Shown piece by piece: positions 1 through 13,618 of a stretch of DNA of 64,000 bases. The position numbers and the translations under genes are program-made. Each line of letters starts with the position of its first letter. Within the stretch, counting starts at the first letter, position 1. The notes under the pieces were generated by a model. It did not search any database, was not told where the DNA came from, and was given only the letters and a program-made list of their open reading frames with translations. Source of the stretch: Octopus sinensis (Eukaryota); contig NC_043019.1 of the NCBI RefSeq assembly GCF_006345805.1, positions 30,813,360 through 30,877,359 of the forward strand, in the 5' to 3' direction.

Positions 1-250
1 ACAAAACAAGGACCGGTCATTCAGAGATTCCTTTTCTGAGTTGAGTTCCAGTTTATCTTCACAATTTCGGCTGGTTATACTCGAAATTGCTCCAATCTGG
101 CCAGACCCAAGGAAAAACTAAGCTAAGAGCATTAGATTCCTTGAAAGAAAGCAGTGAATGTATACAAAAACAAGGACAGAAAAAAAAAACGGAGAAATGG
201 TACACAAATACAAATTCAAATAACAGGACCTGAACAACAGGTGTCTTTCG
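1..250. mobile_element. Interspersed TA-associated repeat (probably PLE-derived); related copies at ~5230-5545 (opposite strand) and ~13920-14240
   Basis: Shared segment gctggttatactcga..attgctc..aatctggccag..ccaaggaaaaactaag. Confidence 0.6.
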
Positions 251-1677
251 ACTACAGCAGCAGCATTATTATTTAACATGCATTTTCCATGCTGGCATGG
301 GTTGGACGGTTTGACAAGAGATGGTAAGACCAAGGTCATACCAAGCTTCATTGTCTGTTCTGGCATGGTAACTATGCCTGAATGCCCTTCCTAAAGCCAA
401 CCACTTTACAAAGTGTACTGGATGCTTTTTACATAGCACCAAGACTTGTACTTTTAATGTGGTATGAACACCGGTGCTTTTAATGTGGATCCAGGACCAA
501 TGCTTTAAATATGGCACCAGCACCAGTGCTTTTTAAGACCTAGCACCAGTGTTTTTTACATGGCACCAGGACCAGTGCTTTTTACAGGATACCAGGAGAG
601 ACAGGAGAAAGTAAAAGGAAAAGAAAAAGAACAGCATGAAGAAGAATGAAGGAAACGAAGATAAATTGCAGGAGGGAGGGAGGAGAATTTATCAAGTATA
701 GAAACTAAGGAAATATATATTTTTTATTTTATCATCAGACACAAAAAGGTGACAAGCTATAATAACATTTATGAGATTACAACAATTCATAGGAAATAAC
801 ATTCAAAATGTTGCAGCTGTACTAACATATGAACTGAGATCTATATAATATGTTTAGTTCCTCTTTCCTTCATTTGATTATGAGAGACACAAATAAAATA
901 ATAAAAAAAGGAGAAAAATAAATCAATAGCAGTATTTGTTTCTTTATTATTAAGTTAGCAGACATTGGAGCATTTCACAATTTTTTTTTCAGAGATCTGT
1001 CAAACCATTCAATCCATGCTAGTAGAGAAACAGGTGTTAAGAAATGATCATGATCTACAACATCATCATCATGATAATTGCCTTAATGCCCCTTTCTTCA
1101 TGCTTGCATGAGTTACAGGGCTTTTATTGAAGCAGTTACTCTACAGTTGGATGCCCTTCCTGTTACCAATCCTTGTTTCGAAGCAAAGTAATATTTCTTT
1201 ATGACCAGGAATGTTTTTGCAGAATATTGGAAAGGAGTGTCATTGCTTGTATAACAATAACACATGCATATGCGCACACACACACATGCAAATATATAAA
1301 GGTATAAATATATACATATACACTTCTTGTAAACAAACAAACAAACAACATATCTATGTGTATGTGTGGGGTGGGGTGGGGTATGTGTGTATGTATGTCT
1401 GTTTTATTGTGTTAACCATCCTCGTTCTGAAAATATAAGATTTATATTGATGATGCTTAAAAGCATCATCAATATAAATCTTAGTTAAATCATATATCCA
1501 TACATATATATGTGTGTGTGTGTATAAACACATACAGTCATATATACGTAAATATATACATGTGTGTATATATATATATATATATTATATATATATACAC
1601 AAACAGATACACACATATATATGTATATGTATGTATATATATATACACACAGATACACACATACATATATATGTATA

Positions 1678-2064
1678 TGTGGAAGCACTCCGTCGGTTAC
1701 GACGACGAGGGTTCCGGTTGATCCGAATCAACGGAACAGCCCGCTCGTGAAATTAACGTGTAAGTGGCTGAGCACTCCACAGACACGTGTACCCTTAACG
1801 TAGTTCTCGGGGATATTCAGCGTGACACAGAGAGTGACAAGGTCGGCCCTTTGAAATACAGGTACAACAGAAACAGGAAGTAAGAGTGAGAGAAAGTTGT
1901 GGTGAAGAGTACAGCAGGGATCACCACCATCCCCTGCCGGAGCTTCGTGGAGCTTTAGGTGTTTTCGCTCAATAAACACTCACAACGCCCGGTCTGGGAA
2001 TCGAAACCGCGATCCTATAACCGCGAGTCCGCTGCCCTAACCACTGGGCCATTGCGCCTCCACA
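1678..2064 (-). mobile_element. tRNA-derived SINE (ggaggcgcaatggcccagtggttagggc head) inserted in (TA)n
   Basis: Clear A and B boxes. The 3' part is shared with the fragment at ~11820-12018. Confidence 0.85.
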
Positions 2065-2412
2065 TGTATATGTATATATATATATATATAAAATAAACCT
2101 TTACATATATAAATAACGTGAAATACACGAAGGGATGAACATAAGAGACAGATGGGTCATTCAAATCCTTCATTCTTCAGTCAGAAACCGATTCGTCATC
2201 ACAAATTTCGGCTGTTTAATTCTGAGATCTGCTCTGAATCGGCCAGCCCCAGAAGGAGAGAATGCAACGCAACAGAGATGAACACGAAACGAAAAAAACT
2301 TTTTTGAAGACAGTAACGGTTAAAAACAAGGATGACACAGGCGCCCTACGGCTTATATATATATATATATATACACACAGATACACACATGCATATATAT
2401 GTATATGTATAT

Positions 2413-2443
<31 letters not shown>

Positions 2444-2536
2444 AAATATTATTAGAGACAAAACCACTATTTTGCAAAACAAACAAGGAAAGACTTAATC
2501 AATACATAAAATTTTAATAAATAGTCAAAAAAACCG

Positions 2537-2579
2537 CCACTACAATTGTTACTTGTCTTGATCGACAATCTTCAGGTGG
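2537..2579 (-). ncRNA. Minimal type I hammerhead ribozyme motif, one core substitution
   Basis: CCAC-CUGAAGA-UUGUC(GAUCAA)GACAA-GUAA-C(AAUU)G-UA-GUGG. Stems I-III pair and loop III is palindromic; GAAA is changed to GUAA. Confidence 0.7.
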
Positions 2580-2613
2580 ACTTCCAATTTACAAGTCAGT
2601 TTCAAATTATGAA

Positions 2614-2648
<35 letters not shown>

Positions 2649-2678
2649 CATAAATACATATATATGTATATGTATATG

Positions 2679-2726
<48 letters not shown>

Positions 2727-4221
2727 CATAAATACATATATATGTATTTATAAATACATACACACACACTGAAGCATGCACACACACATGACAGGCTTCT
2801 TTCAGTTTCTGTCGATCAAATCCACTCACAAGGCTTTAGCTGGCCTGGTGTTATAGTAGAAGATACCTGCCCAAGATGCCATGCTTTTGGACTGACCTCA
2901 GGGCCATAAAGTTTGAAAGCAAACTCCTAAACACATGGCATTGCTTGAGACTAAATAAATAAGTATATATATAGGAGTGGCTGTGTGGTAAGTAGCTTGC
3001 TTACGAACCACATGATTCCAGGTTCAGTCCCGTGGCATCTTGGGCAAGTGTCTTCTACTATAGCCTCGGGCCGACCAAAGCCTTGTGAGTGGATTTGGTA
3101 GACGGAAACTGAAAGAAGCCCATCGTATATATGTATATATATGTATGCATGTGTATATGTTTGTGTGTCTGTGTTTGTCCCCCCAACATCGCTTGACAAC
3201 CGATGCTGGTGTCTTTATTTCCCAGTAACTTAACAGTTCGGCAATAGAGACCGATAGAATAAGTACTAGGCTTACAAAGAATAAGTTCTGGGGTCAATTT
3301 GCTCGACTAAAGGCAGTGCTCCAGCGTGGCCACAGTCACATAACTGAAACACATATTGTGTGTGGGTATAAATATATGTGTGTGTGTGTGTGTATATATA
3401 TGTCTATATTTAAGAAAATAAGAAAATAGAGTTAATTAATTATTATTTATTAATTACAAACTTGGGCATCATCTCTGACTTCTGTTTCAATTCAAAAACT
3501 TTAGAAATTAAATAGTATATTTAATAACATAATAAAGTTGAATCACGTCGAAGGTAGAAAGATATACCATTACATTTTCATATTATTTTGTTTTGAGTGT
3601 ATGGAGCAAATCCGCTAACTGATAATTGTTTAATAGAAAGAACATTGTATTAACTTTACCAAGGTGGTGGTTGGTGAAGGTAGTATATTTAGAGAATTTA
3701 TTATAAAAATGAAAATAAAAATAAGGAATGAGATATCGTAATAAAACATATATATCTAAAGTATATTTAAATATCAAATAAAAGTAATTGTGATTATAAA
3801 AATATAAGTAATAATATTTTATGAGAAGTTATTGATATCATAAAGTAAGCAGTGTGTTAATTTATTTCATAATAAACAATTAGGAATTATATTTCATATA
3901 AACAATTAGGAAGAGAAACATTAAGGTGAATATATTTGAAATATTGTTATATTTCGGAATGGTCATATTGCCAGTTTAGTTTGAAATAGTTTATAATCTT
4001 TTAAGGAATTAAGGTGTTTAAATATGGGAATAAAATAGATACAAAACGAGTAATATAATAGGTTAAAATATATATTTTTATACACATACATAATTCATTC
4101 CATATGTATGTCTTTTTGACTTTTGTTATTTTGTTATTTGTTATTCTTAATTTTTGATTTACCTATATATATATAGGTACACATACGGACACATTCAAAA
4201 TGTGACCGCGTTTGTACCGTT

Positions 4222-4400
4222 GTCAATTTTTTCCTCTGTCTTCCCTTCCTTGGACCTTTACTTTTTCTATGTTTCTGACGAAGAGCTCCGCTCGAAATGT
4301 TAAGTCCTCCTTCTTTCTTTCCTTTCTTGAACGTCCAATAACACTATACTTGTTCCACGTCCTCACCTTGTGTTTTCCCTTTGTGTTTTCATGTTTGGAT

Positions 4401-4437
<37 letters not shown>

Positions 4438-4624
4438 GTGTGTGTGTGTGTGTGTGAGTGTGTATGTGTGTGTGACCGTGTGTGTATCATTGGCAATTTT
4501 CTTTCTCTGTCTTCCCTACCTTGGACCTTTACTTTTTCTGTGTTTCTGACGAAGAGCTCCGCTCGAAACATTAAATCCTCCTTCTTTCTTTCCTTTCTTG
4601 AGCGTCCAATAACATTATACTTGT
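4222..4624 (+). mobile_element. Two direct copies (period 271) of a Penelope-like terminal-repeat fragment, each with a very minimal hammerhead-like motif
   Basis: GTTT-CTGACGA-A-GAGC(TCC)GCTC-GAAA at 4271-4297 and 4542-4568. The copies are separated by (TA)n/(TG)n. Confidence 0.55.
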
Positions 4625-5584
4625 ATATATAGAAAAATATACTGGGTGGGAAAATTATAGAAATTTTTCTACCAGTGGCCTAGCATATATATATAAAATA
4701 GTCAATAGACAATATATTTTTTATATAAAATTAGTGTGCGTTTAAACACAAAAGTTACTCTTAACCATGGTTTGGATTTTGACTGTTCCTTCTTGCATGT
4801 GAGGTGTCCTGTTAGGGTCACCTCTTTTGTGCTTAAATGCACACTAATTCTATATATATATATAAGAGACCAAAGTGTATGTATGACTCTTATTCTTTCA
4901 TTCTTTCAATCAGCTCCATTCAATTCCACTCTTCTTTCTTTCGTCCCCCTCTCTCACATTTCCTGGCTTTCACTTCACTCTCACCTTCCCTCCTCTTTCA
5001 CTTCATTCTGTCCCTTTTCTTTTTTCTCATCCCTCCCTAATTCTTCTATCCCTCTGCCTCTACCCCTCTCCTCTCTCTCCACATGACTGGTGTTCAGCCA
5101 AGCCTGACCTTTCTTTCTTGGTTCGGCTACCATCCATGCAACATCTATATTCCTCCCCATGCATGTCATCTCTTATGTCCCTGCCATAAGGCTTCCCTTC
5201 CACACATGCCAGCTTAATTTAATTCGTCCTTAGTTGAAAGACATCTGTTGTTAATGTCCTGTTTTTTGCATTTGTATTTGTGTACCATTTCTGGGGGGTT
5301 TTTTTTCTGTCCTTGTTTTCATATACATTCACTGCTTTCTTCCAAGGAATCTAGTGCTCTTAGCTTAGTTTTTTCTTGGAGCTAGCCAGATTGGAGCAAT
5401 TTTGAGTATAACCAGCTGAAATCGCAACTTGTCTGAGGAAAGCAAATTCTGAATGACCCATCCTTGTTTTTACTTGTCCCTTTTTTGTATCATCTGTCTG
5501 GATGCTTTGTTGTCCCTTTTTCATGTTATCTAACTGTCTGGATCTATATTTATATAATATATATATATTATATATATATATATA

Positions 5585-5667
<83 letters not shown>

Positions 5668-6431
5668 ATATGCTGAAAGCCCCTTCAGTCATGACTGATC
5701 ATGGGATTGCACCTAGAAAGTTACCCTCTCAGGCACAAGTCCAGGCAAGGTTGTTTATGGAAGACCAACAGCCACCCATGCATACCAGCCACCCCACTCC
5801 ATGCTATGCCACTAATGTTATTCAAGGAAAAAGCAAAGGCCAATACAACTTGGCACCAGTGACATCGCAACTCATTTCTACAGCTGAGTGAACTGGAGCA
5901 ACGTGAAATAAAGTGTCTTGCTCAAGAACACAACACGCAGCCCGGTCCAGGATTCGAACTCACAACCTCATGATCATAAGCTCAATGCTCTGACCACTGA
6001 GTCATGCACCCTATATATATACATATATATAAATACCAACCACATGGTCCCGGGTTCAGTCCCACTGCATGGCACCTTAGGCAAGTGTCTTCTACTATAG
6101 CCTCGGGCCGACCAAAGCCTTGTGAGTGGATTGGTAGACGGAAACTGAAAGAAGATCGTCATATATATGTATATATATATATATGTGTGTGTGTGTTTGT
6201 GTGTCTGTGTTTGTCCCCCTAGCATTGCATGACAACCGATGCTGGTGTGTTTATGTCCCCGTTACTTAGCGGTTCGGCAAAAGAGACCGATAGAATAAGT
6301 ACTTGGCTTACAAAAGAATAAGTCCCGGGGTCGAATTACTCGACTAAAGGCGGTGCCCCAGCATGGCCACAGTCAAATGACTGAAACAAGTAAAAGAGCA
6401 AAAGAGTATATATATATGTATGTATGTATGC

Positions 6432-6470
<39 letters not shown>

Positions 6471-6867
6471 TATATAAATGTATGTATATATATAATACTT
6501 TTAATGATATGTTAGTATTTATGTAATTATGTGTATGATATTATTGAATGTTATTATTGTTTGTTATTGACAAAAGAGGAAGCAAAAATAAAAACAAAAG
6601 TAAAAACAAAAAACAACAATTTACGTTCTTCAATAACAGTTTCCATCATCTCTTTTTTAAAGATCTGATCTGAAAGTTAATACAATGTGAATTAACGACT
6701 TATTTATTGTAGCTTCTTTCTTTTTTTTTTTTTCAATTTTTTTCCTTTTCTGTTTAATCTATTAGAAACATTTACAGATGTTCAGTTGAATGAAAAAAAA
6801 AAAACCCAAAAAAATTTACGCAAATATATTTGTCATAGATTGTGAGATCATCTCCATCACCAATAAC

Positions 6868-6946
6868 CTCTTCCTCCTCCTCTTCCACCTCCACCTCCTC
6901 CCCATCAACATCATCACCACCACCACCACCACCACCACCACCACCT

Positions 6947-6979
<33 letters not shown>

Positions 6980-7116
6980 CCACCACCACCACCACCACCA
7001 GCATCATCATCATCATCACCATCATCATCAACACCACCACCACCACCACCACCACCATCATCATCATCACCATCATCATCACCACCACCACCACCACCAC
7101 CATCATCATCATCATC
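6868..7116. repeat. Compound trinucleotide microsatellite (CCT/CAC/CAT)n
   Basis: Alternating CAC and CAT tracts, which explain the low-complexity ORFs here. Confidence 0.95.
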
Positions 7117-7871
7117 CTGCGGCAAAAAAGGCAAAATAATGTCGACCTAGTTAAAAGAACAGAGCTTGCAAAAATGTTGACAAGACACGTTTTTGGCTTT
7201 GAATTAGGAACGAAGTTTTATTTGCTTATTATTTCATTTGTGGCATTATGCTTTGTGAAAACGTTGAACTGTTTTGTTATAGATTTCTACTGTCGGAGAC
7301 AATCATTGACTCGTTTGGATTTTCCAATGGTGAGAATGAATGACACAAAAGTGGTTTTTGCAACTTCTGCAGAATATATATACCGCATTGGAATTTTTGC
7401 TCAATGCATCAATTTATTGGTCTACTCAATGATGCGTATATCTTTCATTACATATATCCATATCAGCATCGTCATTTTCATCCATATTTAATTCTGACAT
7501 TGGACACACACACACACACACACACACACAACACACACACCACATACACACACACATGTATACTGTAATAATAAGGAACAGACAAATAGTAAATGGTACT
7601 TCTAAGTCTTCTATATACACATTTGGAATATTGAAGTATTGAGTATGGAACTGGTTACTTATCTCAGTTTATCTGGTTATGTGTTGTGCCTTGCAGCACA
7701 CTTTTATCTCTCTCTCTCTCTCTCTCCATCCCTCTCTTTCTCTCTTTCTCTCTCTCTCCCACCTCTCTTTCTCTCTCTCTCTCTGTATATTATATATATA
7801 TATATATTTACATATATACATACATATATATATGTATATTATATATATATATATATATATACATACATATA

Positions 7872-7916
<45 letters not shown>

Positions 7917-8009
7917 ATATATATATGTATATATATACATACATATATATACAATATATATATATGTATGTATATATATATATATAATATATATATAATA
8001 TATATATAC

Positions 8010-8092
<83 letters not shown>

Positions 8093-8229
8093 TATATATA
8101 TACATATATATATATATTATATATATTATGTATGTATATTTTATATATATATTATATATACAATACACACACACACACACACACACACAACACACACACA
8201 CACACACACACACACATGAATATATATAT

Positions 8230-8360
8230 ACGAGAGGGTGCTGAAAAGTTCCTGGTTTCAGGTAAAAGAAAATACAGAAGAATCAATTAATTATGAGTTT
8301 ATTTAACATATTCCCCTCTCGCAGATTCACACACTCACTGTAGCAGTCTTTCAGTCTTTC
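8230..8360. mobile_element. Mariner-like MITE end fragment
   Basis: TA followed by cgagagggtgctgaaaagtt, a mariner-type TIR start. Confidence 0.45.
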
Positions 8361-10972
8361 AGCCTTTCTTATTTCTTTATTAACAACAAGGGGCTAAACA
8401 TAGAAGGGACAAACAAGGACAGACAAAGGGATTAAGTCGATTACATTGACACCAGTGCGTAACTGGTACTTAATTTATTGACCCCGAAGGGATGAAAGGC
8501 AAAGTCGACCTCGGTGGAATTTGAACTCAGAACTTAACAGCAGACGAAATACCTATTCCTTTACTACCCACAAGGGTAGTTAACAACAACAACAACAACA
8601 ACAACAACATCGAAAAATATCTTAGGAATGAGAACCCAGGTTCAAAATTTCTCCAAGACACCGGATGAAGGCTGGAAGGTATATCAGCCGAAACGTTGTT
8701 AACAACAAACAAAATGAGGACAAATATCCGTCAAATGTAAATAATGTAAATAATGTAAATAATGTAAATAATGTAAATAATGCAAAAAGGATAATGTTTG
8801 AGGGGGGGGAATAAATCAAAGAATTTCATGAATGTTTTGGATGGTGTTCTAGTAACAGTAGTATTATTAGGGTATGTGCTGCATCCACCATTTGTTGGTG
8901 ATCCCCTATTTCTCCTGGTGGATGATGCCTTTGCATCACTCAGGCAACAACCCTTTACCACATGGGTGTGTTTGGGTAGCTGCTGCTGGTGAGGGTTTTA
9001 TGAAGCAGGTGTGCAAATCCTACCTCAACCTCTAATAGTCCCCTTTGACAACATGCAAATGAAATGTCGAGTCTGTTCTTTGACATGTCAGAGCCTACAC
9101 AGTACTGGAGCAACTTGAAATGAAGTGTTTTGCTCAAGAACACAACACACACCCAGGTCCAGGTTCGATCCCACAATCTAATGCTCGTGAAGGCAATACC
9201 CAAACCACTAGGCCACATGGTAGTGGGGAGACATCTGTTTGTCAGTCAATTTGAGAATAACTAACCGAACAGACTTGTCTCACGTCTGAGTATGGTGATT
9301 TTAGCTGACCACTCGTTTTAGTTCTCATTTCTTCTGACATAAGTATGCTTAAAATGGAAGAAACTCGCTGTAGTCGTTGTTCTGGAAAACTTTTAAATCA
9401 ATTTATGCAAAGATAATGAATGGTTAATGAATTCAGATGAAATCTTGACTCATACAATAAAGTTTGTCGTGACAAAGATTGCATTTATATGTTACGAAGA
9501 AGCCAAATTAATTTCTCATGTCAACACTAACTCACAACTGAAAGCTGCTGCTGTTGGCTGCCGTCGTACTTTCTGACTGACACTCTACTTAATTGAAGCA
9601 TTTTAAAAGCATGCCGTGAAATTATCTCGAGATCAGATCTTGTTGTTCAACAATAAAACACTGTAATGTTGGTGAGTTTTTGATTCTGGTCCACCAGACA
9701 GACAACAACACAATGTGTGTGTGTGTGTGTGTGCATGCATTTCATTTCTACAGCTGTATTGTTTTTTTTTAATTTTGGATTAATTAGATGGAGTTTCCTA
9801 GTCTATATTCCACAGATGGATGTCCCCTTGATGCCATTCCTTACTTGCTTTTCAAATACCTATTTCTTTACTACCCACAAGCGGCTAAACACAGAGGGGA
9901 CAAACAAGGACAAACAAACGGATTAAGCTGAGTATATCGACCCCAATGCATAACTGGTACTTAATTTATCGATCCCGAAAGGATGAAAGGCAAAGTTGAC
10001 CTCGGCGGAATTTGAACTCACAACGTAACGGCAGACGAAATACGGCTACGCATTTCGCCTGGCGTGCTAATGTTTCTGCCAGCTCGCCACCTTGCTTTTC
10101 AAAAATAGTTTATTCCACTGATTCCTATGCATTGGACTTGCAAGCTGCATAACTTTTAATGAGAGCAGGACATAAACAAACAACACTGTTGATCAAGCAT
10201 TGTCGATGCAATGACACCTAGAAACGAACACAATTGCAAACAATACAATAACACATGGGTGCAACGGGCAGCTTGGTTGATAATGATTCGCCAGTGGTGG
10301 ATGGATGCACTCAGCGGGTCAGGTGTCTTTGTGCATGAAAGTTGGGAACACCTGCGGTCTCAGTCACTGGGGTCACATGAAGCCGTAGCCTGTGCCGCGG
10401 GTACTTCTGATGTAGTGGCTCCTCTCCACACTAATATATCGGGAAGTCTCTGTGCCCTGAGCTCACGTTCACACTGGCTGAGTGGTAAATAGCTTGCTCA
10501 CAAACCACATGGTTCTGGGTTCAGTCCCACTGCATGGCACCATGGGCAAGTGTCTTCTACTATAGCCTCGGGCTGACCAAAGCCTTGTCAGTGGATTTGG
10601 TAGATGGAAACTGAAAGAAGCCTGTTGCATATATGTGTGAGTATATATGTTTGTGTGTCTATGTTTGTCCCCCCAACATCACTTGACAACCGATGTTGGT
10701 GTGTTGACATCCCCGCAACTTAGTGGTTTGGCAAAAGAGACCAATAGAATAAGTACTAGGCTTACAAAGAATAAGTCCTGGGGTGGATTTGCTCGACTAA
10801 AGGCAGTGCTCCAGCATGGCCACAGTCAAATGACTGAAACAAGTAAAAGAGTAAAAGAAAGTATAAGAGTATACACATGTGCTTGTGTTTTTACACACAC
10901 ACACACACACAGACATGCACATATATACCTTATTCATGGGATAACCAGACTCGTGGGATTTTACATGCACAC

Positions 10973-11288
10973 AGTATCAAGCAGTGAGACTGAATGCTCA
11001 ACACTGCATTGGTGGATAAATAATATTCTTCATTTGTGAGATAACCAGGCTACCATTGGTTTTATGTTGAGAGAGATAACACTTAGCAATTATTCAAGTC
11101 CATCACATGGGATGTTGGTGCTTGTCTCCATCTTGAATAAAACCAATGTCCTATGTGGCAGACTTCAATAATTGTTGAGAGATATCTCTCACAGCATGAG
11201 ACCAATGATAGTCTTGTTACCTCACAAATAAAGAATATTATTTATCCACCAATGCATCGTTGAGCACTCATTCTCGCTGTTTGATACT
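10973..11288. repeat. Diverged inverted-repeat module with decayed hammerhead remnants
   Basis: The arms are reverse complements; remnant AGAC...GAGA-CCAATGA-TA-GTCT followed by AATAAA. Confidence 0.6.
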
Positions 11289-11717
11289 AATGTGTGTGTG
11301 TGTGGGCACAAACATAGCTGCGTAGATAAGAAGTCTAAAATTTTGTCTTGGCACATGTAAAAAGCACCCAGTACACTCCATAAAGTGGTTGGCATTAGGA
11401 AGGGCATCAAGCCATAGAAACCATGCCACAACAGAAAGCTGGAGTTTGGACAGCTCCTTGCTAGCTGTTTCCTTTTAAACCATCCAACCCATGCCAGTAT
11501 GAAAAGCGGACATTAAATGATAATGCTGATGATGCCAATGGATCTCATAGCTAGGGGTTCAGTTCTGCTGTGTGAATGCTGTTGGCTAGCATTTATTCTG
11601 TTATAGCCATGGATCAATCAATACCTTGTGAGTGACTGTTAGTAAATGGAAACTAAAGAAATATGTCTGTCTGTCTGTATGTATGTATGTATGTATGTAT
11701 GTATGTATGTATGTATG

Positions 11718-11755
<38 letters not shown>

Positions 11756-12192
11756 CCTATCTATCTTTTACCCTCATGTGAGGCCAGATCAGACAGACTT
11801 GCTATATATATATACATTACTATACCCTTAATGTAGTTAGCATGACACAAAATGTGACAAGGATGATTCTTTTGAAATACTGGCACTACTCATTTTTGCC
11901 AGCTGAGTGGACTGGAGCAAAATGAAATAAAGTGTCTTGCTCAAGGACGCAATGCGATGCTAGGAATTGAACTCACAATCATGAATCACAAACCCTAACC
12001 ACTAAGCCACATGCCTTCATGTTTACATTTGTCTACACTATAATTCTACATCAAATTGTATGCCAGAAGATAAATATGATACTGGAATCTATATGATCAA
12101 GTAAGACCCTTCAAGGTGGTGCTCCAGCATGGCCCCAATCCAGTGACTGAAACAAATAAAAAAATAAAGAATAAAATAAAATAAAAACTTAC

Positions 12193-12364
12193 TGTTACGA
12201 TTGAGTACAGATTTGGTGAGCTCAGCGTTGGGTAGACGCTCTGCATATATGTTGCATGTACACCTTCCTGGGCCAACATTTTCAGTGTTTTTGTGACATT
12301 TCTATCAAGGTAATTTGCTCTGAAATGTCCTATGGCTATTAGCAACAACGGATGTCTGTCAGAA
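12193..12364 (-). CDS. Exon encoding the N-terminal part of an ENPP/type I phosphodiesterase catalytic domain (SDRHPLLLIAIGHFRANYL...MQSVYPTLSSPNLYSIVT)
   Basis: 172-nt exon with acceptor ttttattttttag and donor ACA|gtaagt. The translation aligns by eye to ENPP1/3 motifs PTLLFSLDGFRAEYL and MRPVYPTKTFPNHYSIVT. The next expected exon (GLYPESHG...) was not found in the window. Confidence 0.9.
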
Positions 12365-13587
12365 CTAAAAAATAAAATGATGTAAATTGATAACTGGAAG
12401 ATAAAGAACTAAAAGATTTTGTTACAGTGGATCTTGAAGCATATAAAGCTATAATTAACAACATGTAAATACTAGGTTGAAAAGTTCTCGTGGAGAGAAA
12501 AAATCAAAAGCTATCCATATAACAAGACCCTGCATCTCCTACAGACACAACAACCTTTGACATTTTCTGTCCAAAAATGTTTTCCAACCCAATTTTTACA
12601 TGCTGTTATTTATAGCTCTATGTGTTTCAAGATCCATTGTTCCAAAAAAAAACAAACATTATTTTATATTCTCTTTTAAGTTAATAAATACTTTTGATGT
12701 TGACATCATTATTTCAATTTTAGGTAGAGTACAATGATCTTTTGTAAGAAGAATACCTTAACTTCCATCTACCATAAAAATGTACCTCCATCCCACTCCT
12801 CAGGTTTTGTAGATTTGTGATTTGCATGACTTCCTCACTAATGCCAGTTGTGAGAAGAAAACACCCAGTATAAGCTGTAAAGTGGTTGGCACCAAGAAGG
12901 ACATCCAGCTGTAAAAACCCTGTAAAAGCAGACACTGCAGGTCGACGCAGTCCTTGGGCCCAATGAATCCTGTTAAGCTGTCCAACCCATGCCAGCATGG
13001 AACATGGACATTAAACGATGATGATGATGGTGTTGTGTAATGGTTCTACCAGTTTTCATGCGAGTTGGATGGTCATATCAAAATAAGTCAATACAATGTA
13101 AAGCTTGTTTGATGATGGAAAAAGTGGCCACTGATGTTCTGTACAGGACTTGTTTGGTTTTTCATAAGTTTCGACTGTAGGTCTGTATCAATTATGAAAA
13201 TTGCGTTTCATAGCATATTAAGTATCTAATTGTCTGAGATGAGTTCTTGTTAATACAATTAGACTGTTTTGAACTTCTAACCTCATCTACAGAGAACAAA
13301 TAACTTTTAATATTTACATATAGGCATAGGAGTGGCTGTGTGGTACATAGCTTGTTTACCAACCACATGGTTCTGGTTCCAGTTCCACTATGTGGCACCT
13401 TGGACAAATGTCTTCTACTATAGCCTCGGGCCAACCAAAGCCTTGTGAGTGGATTTGGTAGATGGAAACTGAAAGAAGCCTGTCGTATATATGTATATAT
13501 ATTTATATATATATATTGATAAAAATGGTAAGACAGCAAAAGAATGAAAGAGACCTCAATAAATTCCTCTATTTAGATATATGTATG

Positions 13588-13618
<31 letters not shown>

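Noticed and set aside
400-590. Short repeated units (gtgctttttacatggcaccag) resembling a CRISPR array
   Set aside because: These are internal tandem repeats of the Meta-type SINE, with no unique spacers and no cas genes, in a eukaryotic context.
1985-2064. tRNA-like sequence
   Set aside because: It is the head of a multi-copy SINE, not a standalone tRNA gene.
6625-6669. Possible 45-nt minus-strand exon (QIFKKEMMETVIEE)
   Set aside because: Does not resemble the expected GLYPESHG exon, and the donor is weak.
6772-7491. Long ORFs with poly-T/I, poly-P/S and poly-G/D
   Set aside because: Translations of a (CAC/CAT)n microsatellite, with no domain and no supported splice structure.
7669-8244. 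Numerous Y/I/C/V/H/T-rich ORFs here and throughout the window
   Set aside because: Products of (TA)n, (TG)n and (TACA)n microsatellites.
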